64,000 nt of DNA from Octopus bimaculoides (GCF_001194135.2 NC_068988.1:81512090-81576089); one strand, 5' to 3'. Numbered from the stretch's first letter, positions 39,846-53,384 are shown. Numbers and translations are program-made. Notes: a model not told the origin generated them from the letters alone.

Positions 39846-41149
39846 TTAAGTAGGGAGATGTATTGAACATTTTGGAAATTTTGTGCAAATTGGAGTAAAA
39901 ACAAGGTCAGATATTTTTATAAATAATTCCATTCTTATTTCAGTGTATAACTCTAAGTTCATAGATAGTTTAATCTTTGACTTGTTTTTATTGATCAGAA
40001 CAGCTCTTTTGAGGACCTTGGATTTATGTTATGTTTTGTGTCAGTTTTGTATCTTTCATTATGCTGAGAGTATTGTTCATAATAGGTATGTATGTAGCAT
40101 CAAATAGGCGAATGTTCTTTGTATGCTTTTAAATCTTGTGGTTTTGGTTATGTATTTGTTTATTCTTTTACTTGTTTCAGTCATTTGATTGTGGCCATGC
40201 TGGAGCACTGCCTTAAAGGGTTTTAGTCAAAGAAATCGACCCCAGGACTTATTGTTTGTAAGCCTAGTACTTATTCTATTGGTCTCTTTTGCTGAACCAC
40301 TAAGTTATGGGGACATAAACACACCATCGGTTGTCAAGTGACGGTGGGGGGAGGGTAAAACACAGACACAAACACACACACACACACACAAATATATACA
40401 AATGTATATACATGATGGACTTCTTTCAGTTTCTGTCTATCAAATCTACTCACAAAGCTTTGGTCAGCCTGAGGCTATAGTAGAAAACACTTGCTCAAGG
40501 TGCTATACAGTGGGACTGAACCTGGAACCATGTGGTCAGGAAGCAAGCTTCTTAGCACACAGTCATTTTTGCTACTTTTTTAAAATAATTTCCACAGCAC
40601 CACTTGTTACAAGGATTGTTTCTGTTTTCATTGTTTCTGTTTTCATTGTTTCTGTAGGTGTTAAGATTTATCATTTCTTTCATTCTTGAGGATAAAGATA
40701 GTTTTCCCATCATTGTACCAATTAGAGGTTGTTTCCGGCTTCTTTAAAAAAAAGAATGTAAAGTTCCTTCCCAAGTCATACAGACTCATAAGCATCAGTT
40801 TCCATGGTATATACATTCCCTACCTGGACAGGATGCTGGTCCATTGCAGGATTACGCATTTTTGCTAGCTCAGAATACTGGAACAATGGGAAATGAAGTG
40901 TTTTGCTCAAAAACACATGTCGCCTAGATCAGGAATTGAAACCACAATCTTATCATCATGAGTTCAACACCTTAACCACTATGCTATGTACCTCCACCCA
41001 GCTTCTTTAGTATCTCATAAAACATCTCTGTTAGTAATTTATATTTCTCTGTTAAATAGTGAAACCAGAAATTTGGGATTTTATCATTTCCTGCTACGTG
41101 CCAGTTCTTTGATGTTTTATAGCATCTGTACTACTTCTTGCATTGTCAT

Positions 41150-42100
41150 TATCTTCACTGACTGGCACTAAATTTGTTATTTTGAACAATTAAATCTGGG
41201 GTGATTTCTTCATTGTTCACACTTCTTCCAAGAATTACTCTACTTCTGTGATTTTTTGTTTTTCAAAGAATCATTGCTGTGCTTCATACCTACAGATTCT
41301 ATGCAATTTAGCAAGGGCATCTTGTTTCTGCTACCCTTTATTTTGTTATGTAATATTACTATGATTAATATGTAATATTTGTATAGTATTTGTTCAGTTG
41401 CGTCCTTTCATTATTAATTTCATTAAGGAGTGAGAGTATCTTTCAGTTTACTTTTCTGTATGTTTTCTATTTTATTGACGTAAGTTTTTATGTTCTTGTA
41501 TGAGAGAAACTGAAGGAATGCTTACATCTCTTTATAACCAAAGTAGCTGATGCATATATTATTACATTTAAACTGGTGGTATTGATGTTTATACCGGTTT
41601 TTATTAAATCTGTGATGGTTACGATAGAGTTTTATCCTTGGGAAGTACTTTCAGAAATATTTATGGATATACTTTATTTCATCATTTCTTCGTAATTATT
41701 GTCAAGTTCATGATACTTGTGTTTAGAATTACCTATTCTTAACATTTCTTCATATTCCTTTTTATTTATATTGTTTTTGTTCCTACATTTAATTTTCTGT
41801 AGATTTTCTAGGGTTTTGCTTTGTGTTTATATTTTTATTTTGTTTTGCACATGTTAAACTTATTACCTCCATAGTTTATGTTCTTCTTAATTCTACTCTG
41901 TTGTTTATTTTTGTTATATATGTATTTTTTATAAATCATTATTTGTTTTAAAGGTCATATTTAGGTGCCTGATATTCTTTTGACTTTGAACATGTATCTT
42001 TTAGGAATCTGTTGGGATTTAGAATATTTCCTCTCAAAATTTTATGTATGAATACTGCAGCAGTTTTGTTTTTCAGGATGGTGAAATATACATATAGAAT
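41150..42100 (-). mobile_element. Possible heavily decayed Penelope-like (GIY-YIG) remnant
   Basis: Broken minus-strand pieces (KYFPRIK..RFNKN; TYV..TEK*TERYSH) recall the Penelope linker and YIG.TE..FK.RY..H motifs. No intact ORF. Confidence 0.3.
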
Positions 42101-43958
42101 AAAAATACATCATTCTTATGTCCATTTATATCCTTTCTGTTCTATTTGTGAGATCTGAGAATTAAAGTCTAGCTTGTTATTTAGATTGCTATCATTTTTG
42201 ATAGGTACGGGTTTAATGTTTTCTGGTGATGTCATGTTTTGCATGCTAAATTTCTTGTTCTTTTTAAGTGTAAAATTCAATGTATGTAATTTGCCTTCTA
42301 GCCATAAACTAAAAATAGTTTTTAATTTGTTTTATTTATCATTTCTTTGTGTGTGTGTGTGTGTGTGTGTACGTAGGGAAATTGGTCTGTTGCTGACATA
42401 AGTTGCACTTTGTAAGTTTGATTCTGTGTGGTGACCAATCAGTGAACGTTTGTAATAAATTAATTATAGGAGTTAAAAAGCAATAAACTTCACAAGTAAT
42501 TGACTCACATAGTTATCTTTCAGTCTTATCATTATTTCTTTTGGTTTGATTCATTGATATTTAATCAATATTAAAGGATACATTGCATAACATTGGGGTA
42601 ATAGTATTTTATTATTGCTATAATTATCATAGACATGGGAAAAGACAGCAAGTTGTCAAAATCATTAGCGCATTAGACAAAATGCTCAGTAGCATTTCCT
42701 GTGGTTCTTTAAGTTCTGAGCTCAAATCCTGCCTAGGCCAACTTTGCCTTTAATCCTTTTGGGGTTGATGAAATAAAGTACTAATCAAGTGCTGGGGTCA
42801 AAGTTTTTTTACAAATTCATTTCCCCTAATATTTCTGGTCTTGTGTGAAAATTTAAAAAGATTATTATAGGCATGGAAGTTCTGTCCTATATACATGCAG
42901 ATTGATGCACACTTGTGCAGTATCCAGAGTTACTGATTTATGCAATTATAATAGCTATTTCTCAACCAAGTCTATCAGGAGTTTATCATGAGGATCAAAG
43001 TGTTGCTTTCTTATGGCAAATGGCTATGACAAAAGAGGTTCTGTGGTGGACAAAATTGAAAGGACCAAGGTCAGATATTTTCCTCTTCAGCTATGTCCCT
43101 CCGAATTTCTTCAAGTTTCACCTGGAATTGAAGCTAAGTGTGGAGAGGGAGGTTCTGCTCTCCAATAACTTTTCATGAATATCCTGAGCTTCAGGATATA
43201 AGATTGGGCTGGAAGACAGAAATATCAGAGAGAATTTATTCTTTGCAGTTAAGATAATCCTGAATCTATCAGGCTCCCTGATTGGCCCTAGATGCTTCAC
43301 ACTCTTTTGGGTTGCACCATTCCATTCCTTTACCATTTTGCTTTTCAATTCTAATTTTGTTTATAATCCATTGCATAATGCCAGTACCATCAACGTAAAA
43401 GAGACAAATGGTGCAAGAACATATTTCATTATTAGTGACCATATCTTTTCTTCATTCAAGAATCTTTGAAAATAACATATCCCCTGTGTATGCCTGTGTA
43501 GCATCAGCTATGGTGCAATAAGCACTCTGCACAGAGGTCATTGGCAGCAGGTGGACTTTGTGTTTAGTGGAATATGTTTCTTGAACAAGAAGAGATTCTG
43601 TTGTCAAATGATGAAAAGGAAGATGATGATTATTATTATTATCATAATCGTTGTCATTGTCATCGTCATCTTTGTTACCATTGTAACTATTATTGTTCTT
43701 GTTGTCATCATCATGATCATGTTCATCAGTAGCAAGAGAATTAAGAATTTTGTAATTTAAGAAATAAATGCTTAATGAACAGACAAGAGCTGAAAAAATG
43801 TTTAAAAGTGTTGCATATGGATAAATTAGCTTGTTATAAATCACTCCCCATTGCTGTTTGAAAATTTATAAAAAGTAACATTTTTTTATTGTATCTAGGT
43901 TTTTTTTTACATTGAATTAAATACCAAGAAAGTTAATTATTGTGAAATCATTACTCAC

Positions 43959-44149
43959 CATCATCTATGAACTCATAATGTCCAAGAAATCCTCGAAGAC
44001 TTTTTGTATAGTCAGATTTAAAAAACATTTCTATTTTTGGTTGAATTGATATAATTGGACCAGGAATTTCCGCACCACATAAACGGTTCAAAAATGTTTT
44101 GAACCCCATGTGATCAATTTCAAAAATGTCAACGAAATCAAATTTGCAT
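43959..44149 (-). CDS. CUB-domain protein, coding exon B (second half of CUB domain 1)
   Basis: Acceptor tttttatag|A and donor GATG|gtgagt. GG|A restores Gly in frame with exon A. CKFDFVDIFEIDHMGFKTFLNRLCGAEIPGPIISIQPKIEMFFKSDYTKSLRGFLGHYEFIDD has the CUB motifs C..D.V, LCG, F.SD and GF...Y. 191 bp, phase 2 in, phase 1 out. Confidence 0.93.
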
Positions 44150-44219
44150 CTATAAAAAAGAAACAAAAATTATATATATCATGATACAAAACAATTCTAA
44201 TGAAAATAATTATCTAACC

Positions 44220-44458
44220 TAGTGGTTCTCAACCATTTTTTGCCTATGGACTCCTTTAATTCCTTATTCATGTCTCCTGGACTTCCATAGAAATAAAAAG
44301 AAACATTGTGCATTTTGATAATTAAATATTAAAAAATGTATAAATTTATGTACAGCACAAAAAAGATTAAAATATTTTTTGTGTTACTACATAAATTTTA
44401 ACAACCAAATCATATATGGACCCCCAAAGGTTATAGAGACCCTGGTTGAGAGCCACTG
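44220..44458. mobile_element. hAT (Charlie-like) MITE, opposite orientation to 3566-3901
   Basis: TIRs tagtggttctcaacc / ggttgagagccactg. 8-bp TSD atctaacc / atctaact. Confidence 0.85.
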
Positions 44459-45542
44459 ATCTAACTTTTTCAGTTAGGAACTATTTGAATATAATTTAAT
44501 TGCCACTAATGAGATACAATATGCTGAAACTGTTTGTGGATATAGACAATTAAATATGTATGAAGATATATACAATATTTTGGATTATTACATATATCTA
44601 CTTGCCCATAGAAATAGGTTGTTGTGTAAGCTATAAATGAATTCTTTGAGTAATCATGGTAGTTTTCTAGCCAACATTGTCTATTTTGCAACACAGTTTT
44701 TAGCTTTTCAAGCATAATCTGCCTACTCTGATCTAGCAAGAAAAATACAAAGTCACTCAGCTAGAAAATCTCCCTCAAATATCTCTCTGCAGTTTCCTAA
44801 AGTGGAACAATTTGTAGGAAGATTTTAAAATCTGCAGAAATGGGCTGATGACTATAGCATCAATGCTGAATGAAAAGTTCACTCCAAAACATAGTAGTAG
44901 TAGTAGTAGTAGTAGTAATGGTGGTGGTGGTTATAGTAGTAGTAGTAATGGTGGTGGAGGCACCACCACGGTGGTGCATTATTGATATTTCCTCATAAAT
45001 TTACACAACTTATAAATGCATCACCCGAGCAGCCCTCAGAATTCCACTTCTCTCCCAATTCTCTCAGAATTGTAAATATATCAGATATACCAAAACTACT
45101 TAGTCAAACATTTCTGTTAATATCATGCAATTTTATAGGGTGGTGGATTGGCAAAAAAGAGAGCTTCATGAACAAAATGCCTTGTCTATATTTAGTTATG
45201 ACTCTTTATGGCTCTACTTTCAAGTATTATCAGAGTTGACTTTGCCTTTCATTGTTTTGGGGGTCAATGAAATAAAGTAGTAATCAGGACCTGGGGAGGG
45301 TCCTAAGAATAATGCAATGCCCTTATCTTTTATCTTTTACTTGTTTCAGCCATTAGACTGCAGCCACACTGGGGTACTGCCTTGAAGAATTTTTAGTCAA
45401 ATGAATTGCTCTCAGTTCTTATTTTTTGTTTAAGCCAGGTACTTATACTATTGGTCTCTTTTGCCAAACTGCTAAGTTATGGGGACATAAACACGCCAAC
45501 ACTTGTTATCAAGCAGTTGTAGGGGACAAACATATAGATATA

Positions 45543-45755
45543 CGAGGGGTTTCTGAAAAGTTCTTGGCTTTAAGGATATCGTAAAAGGCCTAGTTGGAGG
45601 CCCAGCCTTCCAAGTTCTTTTACAGGGCTTAGAAAAACTGAAGGACTGCTGCAATGAGTGTGTGGATCTGAGAAGGAAATATGTTGAATAAAATCATAAT
45701 TAACTGTTCAGCCTGTAGTTTCTTTTACCCAAAGTCATGAACATTTCAGCAGCAA
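45543..45755 (+). mobile_element. Internally deleted mariner derivative
   Basis: ta|cgaggggtttctgaaaagtt is a mariner-type TIR. It encodes the transposase tail LQGLEKLKDCCNECVDLRRKYVE*, and the right TIR is degenerate. Confidence 0.7.
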
Positions 45756-46204
45756 TAACGAAACTGGTAAGACTTTCAATATTGACTCATGATACTAATT
45801 ATTATACTTCTTAATTCCACCTCAAATTATTTATTTGTATGTATATATTTTGTTCTTATAAAAAAAAGCCATTACTTTTATACCTGGTGTGCATTTTTTA
45901 AAATTTTTATTTCTCCCCTATTTATACCACGTGTAGTCATTTTTCTTTGAAACCTATTTCTATTATATACATATATTATTATTATTATCATCATCATTAT
46001 TATTATATATAGTTGAGGTGTATTCTGTTAAAAATGCATTAGAGTACAAAATAGAGCTCGTTCACCCTTAGAATCACCAGATAGCCAGCAGTATTATGGT
46101 ATACTACCAATTCTAGGCTTACACATTCCTCATGTGTGAAAAATAAAAAGGAAAGAATAAACAGAGTCAAAAGGAAGAAGGAGTATGATTTGACAGCTTT
46201 TTAA

Positions 46205-46424
46205 CCCTTTTGTTACCAACCCAGCTGAAACCAGCTCTTGCTCTGAGTACAAATGTCTTGTTTCCATAAGTTTTGAATTATAATTTTCCACCAAACCTTA
46301 GTCACAATTTATGTTCCTAACACTAGCTGAATGATAACTGAGTTATTTTACTAAATTCTTTGTTAGATTTAAAGTAATTGAAAGAAACTCAGGGCATCTC
46401 AAAATAAATGCAGTAACGAAAGGG
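46205..46424. mobile_element. TTAA-flanked (piggyBac-type) MITE, family 2
   Basis: ttaa|cccttttgttac ... gtaacgaaaggg|ttaa: 12-bp TIR with 1 mismatch. Confidence 0.8.
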
Positions 46425-49392
46425 TTAATGACCACTACACATGTTTCAATACAACATAGATCCACATATATACAGGATTTAAATTTAAATTAAGTAATGG
46501 TTTACCTGTATAAGAGGACCTAGTTGTATATCCTCAGGTGATATATATATATATAATAATATTAGGGACAAAATCCAAAATTACAGGTAAAAACTCAATT
46601 AAAATCAATTTATAAAAAATTAAAATTAAATTGAGCTTTACAGATTAAAATATATATAAATATATAGTTTTTTTAAATTTTTATTAAAACTTAGAATATA
46701 TAAAGTTTAATCTTTTATTCTTAATAATTCTTTTCATTCTTAATTTTTTCATTCATAATTTTTCATTCATATTTTTATTTTTATTTCTACGTTTGTAGAA
46801 ATAAGTATTCTTGTATTTTTCTATTATTCAATTGATTTTTGATGATAATTAAATAAACGTTTTTAGTTTTAAATAGTCAGCTTTAACTATTACACCGGTT
46901 AAATATGTACTAATATTATCTTTATTATTATTTTACCTTAAACTTCGTTCAAATTGTATTTAAAACGATAATAATTTATGTAAGCTGGTTTTTGTACATA
47001 ATGTACATGTTAGCATATATTATAATGGATGTAGGGATGATTATGGAATGTTTATTATTTTGATATTTAAAAAAATTTTCTATCTTTATAAAATAAGTAT
47101 TTTCTATAAATTCATTTGGTACTTATTGTTGGTTGATATATATATTTATTTATTATAATTATTGTTCTATTTATNNNNNNNNNNNNNNNNNNNNNNNNNN
47201 NNNNNNNNNNNNNNNNNNNNNNNNNNNNNNNNNNNNNNNNNNNNNNNNNNNNNNNNNNNNNNNNNNNNNNNNNNNNNNNNNNNNNNNNNNNNNNNNNNNN
47301 NNNNNNNNNNNNNNNNNNNNNNNNNNNNNNNNNNNNNNNNNNNNNNNNNNNNNNNNNNNNNNNNNNNNNNNNNNNNNNNNNNNNNNNNNNNNNNNNNNNN
47401 NNNNNNNNNNNNNNNNNNNNNNNNNNNNNNNNNNNNNNNNNNNNNNNNNNNNNNNNNNNNNNNNNNNNNNNNNNNNNNNNNNNNNNNNNNNNNNNNNNNN
47501 NNNNNNNNNNNNNNNNNNNNNNNNNNNNNNNNNNNNNNNNNNNNNNNNNNNNNNNNNNNNNNNNNNNNNNNNNNNNNNNNNNNNNNNNNNNNNNNNNNNN
47601 NNNNNNNNNNNNNNNNNNNNNNNNNNNNNNNNNNNNNNNNNNNNNNNNNNNNNNNNNNNNNNNNNNNNNNNNNNNNNNNNNNNNNNNNNNNNNNNNNNNN
47701 NNNNNNNNNNNNNNNNNNNNNNNNNNNNNNNNNNNNNNNNNNNNNNNNNNNNNNNNNNNNNNNNNNNNNNNNNNNNATATATATACATATATATATATAT
47801 ATACTAGTGGGCCTCATGGCATTTGACTTGGTCTGTACAATGTTGAAATGTATTCAAAAGGCACATATTGACATCTATTGTAATGCCCATTTTCCTTACA
47901 ATAAAAGTTGTTAAAAGGTTAAAAAAATATATTTAGAATATCTAAATACAGAAAGTAATACAGATAATAATAGAGAAATGTATTGTACGAAAATTATAAA
48001 ACATTTACAGAACTTCAGTATATACAATGTTTTAAATTTATTTCTTTGGAGCATATATGAAGAGTTTCTGTGGACTTCCTACTCTGGGACAACCTACACA
48101 CAATTGACCATGTGAGAAACTGTCCTCTTCTAGATGGAGACTGACAACCAGCAGTGCTTGTCCTTGGGACTTGTTAATGGTCATTGCGTAACTGACTGTC
48201 ATTGGGAATGACAATCATTTGAAACAAAAGGGGACATCTGTTATTATTAGAGCTATTCTAGGTATAATTGATGTCTCCCTTACCACATCCAGTGAAGATT
48301 TTTGCTTTGATAATGTGAGGCTCTAGTTCAGTCATAACCATATATGTACCATTGGACAATTTCTGAGAAGCATGGTTGATGGCAATAAGTTGTGGTTGTG
48401 TTAGTAATAGTGGTTGACGTATAAATTAATAGGTATTAGCAGCTGCAGTGGTAGTATTGAAGCACACTTTAGATATTATAAATAAACGTTTATTCTGTCT
48501 CTGTCTCACTTGTTTTTACTCTCCAGCCCCCTTTTCTATCTGTCACATGTATTTTTTCTCTAGAGAGAAAAAAAGGTAGAGGTAGCAAGATAGAGACACA
48601 TATACAACTAGAGAGAAAGAGAGGAAGATAGTGAGAGAGATAGAAACATATAGAGGGACACAGAGGTCGGTGGGGGGTGACTTCAAAGGAATAAATGTAA
48701 TGTATAAACTTAGAGAAAGTTGGACATGGATTGAGTGACAGGGAGAGTATTTTTTCACACAGTAAAAAGCATAGCTGTTAAATAGAGAGTAGGTGGATTG
48801 CTAGAAACAGGAGCCGATACATTACCAACTCGCTCCCCACCCCATTCCGTTTTTGGAAGATAAGTGCCCAGTTTTCTGCAGCATGGTCAAATTAATTGAA
48901 ATGACATGCAAAACCTGAAATGTTATCAATCTTATTTAGCATTTTTGGCAGTCAACATACAAACAAACAAACTTTGCTTTTTATGAGGATATATATAATA
49001 CATATATAATATAATAGAATATATATATATATATANNNNNNNNNNNNNNNNNNNNNNNNNNNNNNNNNNNNNNNNNNNNNNNNNNNNNNNNNNNNNNNNN
49101 NNNNNNNTATATATACATATATATACATGTGATGGGCTTCTTTCAGTTTCCATCTACCAAATCCACTCACAAGGTTTGGCTTGGTTGACCCAAGGCTATA
49201 ATAGAAGGCATTTACCCAAGGTGTTGTGCAGTGGGACTGAACCTGGACCATGTGGTTGGGAAGCAAACTTCTTATCACACAGCCACACCTGCACCTCTTG
49301 TGCATATATTAGATATAAATATTACGCAATTTCATGAAGCAATTCCAAAAGTATGGAAAATTTTAGTTAAATAAACAGAAACTTTTACTCAC

Positions 49393-49573
49393 CCAGCATC
49401 ACTGTTGCCTTCAAGCTCAAAATATTCAAACTTAATTTTGATACGTTTATCACCAACAGCTTCAAAAATATATCGACAAGACACTAATTCTGGATAGCGA
49501 GATGGAAAGCCAGGAGATGTGAAAGTTCCAGATGTTTTCAGTTGACTGCGAAAAATTTCATGACACTCGGAAG
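49393..49573 (-). CDS. CUB-domain protein, coding exon A (first half of CUB domain 1)
   Basis: Acceptor ctgtgtctttttgcag|CT and donor GCTGG|gtgagt. Translation SECHEIFRSQLKTSGTFTSPGFPSRYPELVSCRYIFEAVGDKRIKIKFEYFELEGNSDAG matches the CUB pattern C..G.F.SP.FP..YP...C.Y.F...I.I.F..F.LE. 181 bp, phase 1 in, phase 2 out. Confidence 0.93.
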
Positions 49574-49890
49574 CTGCAAAAAGACACAGGAAAAAAAAAA
49601 CAGGTGTTAGTAAAGAAATAAAATTTTGCATTAATTTTCTCATAACTATTTGTTTTTCTACTTAGTTGGAGGACATTGATTCTCAATATCCTTCAAATGT
49701 ACAACATTCTGCTGAAGTGATTTCCTGCAAAATAAATTCATCTATCACAATAGTTGGCAATGAATGAGCCTCTACTCAGTCACTTGGGCAAACTAGACAT
49801 AATAGCTAAATATTCATCCAAAAATATACACTATATTTAAAATGGAATAAATTCAATGGAATACATCCACTGGTTTTCAAAAATAGAAAT

Positions 49891-50302
49891 ATCAATATTT
49901 CTAAGTCTCTCTAAAGGAGACTATGGCAACGGTACTGGATATAATAGTTATCACCAAGCCAACATGTCAGTCCCATGTATTCCACTGAATTTAGGTCCTC
50001 TGTACAGATGGTCAGTAGCGACACCTGCTGGGTTCGGCTGCTCTACATTGACAAGGAGCAATACCCCGAAACTAGTCTGTAGATGCCAGACCAGCAAGGG
50101 GAAGTGGCTGAGCTCCCCTGTTCGAAGGTTATTATGGACACTGGTTCGTGTGTCACATAGCTAGCTAGAGGTAATGGCCTCTTGGAGCTAATCAACGGCA
50201 CCATTCGTCCTAATTTTGGGACTGCCATGTTAACTTGGCGATAACTATTAATATCCAGTACCGCTGCCGTAGTCTTCTTTAGAGAGACGTAGAAACATTA
50301 AT
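49891..50302. mobile_element. Long-TIR (foldback-like) MITE, TIRs about 85 bp
   Basis: gtctctctaaaggagactatggcaacggtactggata..gtccca is the imperfect reverse complement of tgggac..tatccagtaccgctgccgtagtcttctttagagagac. Confidence 0.85.
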
Positions 50303-51373
50303 ATTTATATATATATATATATATATNNNNNNNNNNNNNNNNNNNNNNNNNNNNNNNNNNNNNNNNNNNNNNNNNNNNNNNNNNNNNNNNNNNNNNNNNN
50401 NNNNNNNNNNNNNNNNNNNNNNNNNNNNNNNNNNNNNNNNNNNNNNNNNNNNNNNNNNNNNNNNNNNNNNNNNNNNNNNNNNNNNNNNNNNNNNNNNNNN
50501 NNNNNNNNNNNNNNNNNNNNNNNNNNNNNNNNNNNNNNNNNNNNNNNNNNNNNNNNNNNNNNNNNNNNNNNNNNNNNNNNNNNNNNNNNNNNNNNNNNNN
50601 NNNNNNNNNNNNNNNNNNNNNNNNNNNNNNNNNNNNNNNNNNNNNNNNNNNNNNNNNNNNNNNNNNNNNNNNNNNNNNNNNNNNNNNNNNNNNNNNNNNN
50701 NNNNNNNNNNNNNNNNNNNNNNNNNNNNNNNNNNNNNNNNNNNNNNNNNNNNNNNNNNNNNNNNNNNNNNNNNNNNNNNNNNNNNNNNNNNNNNNNNNNN
50801 NNNNNNNNNNNNNNNNNNNNNNNNNNNNNNNNNNNNNNNNNNNNNNNNNNNNNNNNNNNNNNNNNNNNNNNNNNNNNNNNNNNNNNNNNNNNNNNNNNNN
50901 NNNNNNNNNNNNNNNNNNNNNNNNNNNNNNNNNNNNNNNNNNNNNNNNNNNNNNNNNNNNNNNNNNNNNNNNNNNNNNNNNNNNNNNNNNNNNNNNNNNN
51001 NNNNNNNNNNNNNNNNNNNNNNNNNNNNNNNNNNNNNNNNNNNNNNNNNNNNNNNNNNTATATATATATATATGACTGAGAGTGTTGTAAATAAGAACTA
51101 AATGCTCTAATGCTGCTGTCAAAGCACATGGTTGTACACATACATGCTGACAGAGACCATAAATGCCTGACTGCTGCTTTTTGGGCGTTTACGGTCCCTG
51201 TCAGCAAGTATGTATACAATTATATGTTTTGACTGCAGTATTAGGGCATTTAGCTCTTATTTCTAGCAATGAAGGTATTTACAACACCCTCAGTTATATT
51301 TAATGATGGTTATAATTCCCTTTGTTGGTACATATTTACTTACTGCTGCCTAAATAAATTATATATATATAGA

Positions 51374-51578
51374 ATGTAAATAAGTCACAAGGATGTTCAG
51401 GTGTCAATACAGTACAACCATTTTAAATGGCTCCATTTAATTGATCAATGAAAACATTACATCAATTTGAAAGAAACCGCTCTCTTCAGAGTAGATTTCA
51501 AACATAAAGGATAAAATGGAGCTGCTTGAAATGGCTGTAATGTATTGACACGTGTACATCCTTGTTACTTATTTACAT
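51374..51578. mobile_element. Long-TIR MITE, TIRs about 65 bp
   Basis: atgtaaataagtcacaaggatgttcaggtgtcaatac..ctccattt pairs with aaatggag..gtattgacacgtgtacatccttgttacttatttacat. Confidence 0.85.
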
Positions 51579-53384
51579 ACTGTTCACCTAACTTGGAGCT
51601 GTGCAGACTATACCGTACTGGCAAAGTGCCTCAATTTAAGTACCTAATTCAACTGAATCTTAATTATATACACATACACACACACACACACATACACACA
51701 CACACACACATATATATATATACACACACACACACACATAAATATATATATGTATATGTGTGTGTATATATATATATGTGTGTGTGTGTGTGTATATATA
51801 TATATGTATATATATGTATGTGAAACAGCTGTGATATTTCGTTCTTTGACTGAAGAGCAAAATTCAGCTGTGAATATTCGATGTATCATATCGTCTAATT
51901 TCCAGTTCGTTTAGTTTTCATCTACTTTCCCATTTACTCTGCCTTCATCTAACTTTTCTACTTGTATTCTTTCAGTTCAACCCTTGATACATACATACCG
52001 ATATATATATATATATATAGTCAGCTAAATAAACAAACAAAAAAATTAATAATGCCAGACAACAAGATGATGCGCACAAGGAATGTCTCAGAAAAAGAGA
52101 AAGGTTTTAATGTTTCTAATATAGCTCTTCGTTGGAAAAGAGAAAGGGAAATGTTCAAAGAAAGAAAAGAAATCGCCAACAGCACATAGATATATAACAA
52201 ATGATAGAGACAGGAAATGGAATATACAAGAAACTTTATTGCTGTGAGCAATAAAGTTTCTCATATATTCCATTTTCCATCTCTATCATTTGTTATATAC
52301 TGAGGAATTCCTGAGGTAGATCCAGTGACAATTGTGTAAATACTGTAGATGACATAAGGTAGCCTTAAGCAGTGAATATGTTTCACCAGCCAACTACTAT
52401 ATGACAGATTCTCTTGTCATGAACAACAAATGAGGGTTCAGTAAAATAAAACATCAATCATGCACATGAATGTGTCTCTTGAGGCCTGCTGGTGCCTTGC
52501 AAACTTTTTGGTAAATGGAACAAGTTGAGGAGTCAGATTGCTTGTGTACTTGTGGATCATTAGCTATGTGTTTTCTTGAGTGGACAGCAAGGCCTGCTTT
52601 GCTTCGTGCTATAAAACCACGATGGTAGGTAAGGTTTCCATTTAGAGGAACAGCGTTTTGCCAGCATGCCTTCATCCTTGCATGAAGTTAATCCTGATGT
52701 TGGAATTGACTTTGCTCAAATATATATATATCGTCTGTCTGGATGTTTTGCTGTCCCTTTTTTGTGTCACCTAGCTGTCTGGATGTTTTGCATTCTTCTC
52801 CCATTTTGTATCTTATATATATACTAGCAGTATAACCCGACCTTGTCCGGGTGTAACTTATTACGCCATCTACGATAAGTCTTGCTAGGTGAAAGTCAAC
52901 TAAAAAAGAAAGCCTTGCAATGAAAAAACCCTTATGATGTAAATATGTTCATAATTCAAAAGACGATATTAATAGGGAAAGTCTGAAGGTTGTTTTGTGT
53001 AACATTATTAAGTGTACGTAAATTTCATCCGTCTAATTGGCTATACAAATGCTTGTGCAAAACAACTTTTTGCGCTGCCTTGATTATACATAGCAGGGTA
53101 ATTCCTTTTCGCAGGAGGTAGGACAGCAATTTCTGATGAAGCAATTGCTGGCGATCTGTTGCTACACAGTTCTGCCAGAATTCTATCAGATTGGGCAGTA
53201 GATGATGATGCACCGTTTTGCATTATGTTCAAAGCAGCTTCTGGAATGTAGTGAATTGCTGCAGTCTGTTGCTGTCTTTTTAAACCGGTTGCTTTCCTTC
53301 CCCAGCAAGATCTCTTGTTTGGAGGCATAATCTATATACATGTTAAACAGAACAACAAAAGTAGTTTTCACATTTCGGTAATTT

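Noticed and set aside
42900-43350. ORFs 42915-43178 and 43118-43348; faint Penelope-like NGY motif
   Set aside because: A single short motif with no supporting domain is too weak to call.
46555-47174. Possible mitochondrial insertion (NUMT)
   Set aside because: It is AT-rich, but no mt rRNA, tRNA or protein motif was recognisable.
49856-50228. 102-aa and 61-aa ORFs with coding-like GC content
   Set aside because: They lie within the long-TIR MITE and show no protein motif.
51820-51885. gaaacagctgt and ctgaagagc pieces resembling a Penelope minimal hammerhead
   Set aside because: The core elements are in the wrong order or incomplete and no stems close.
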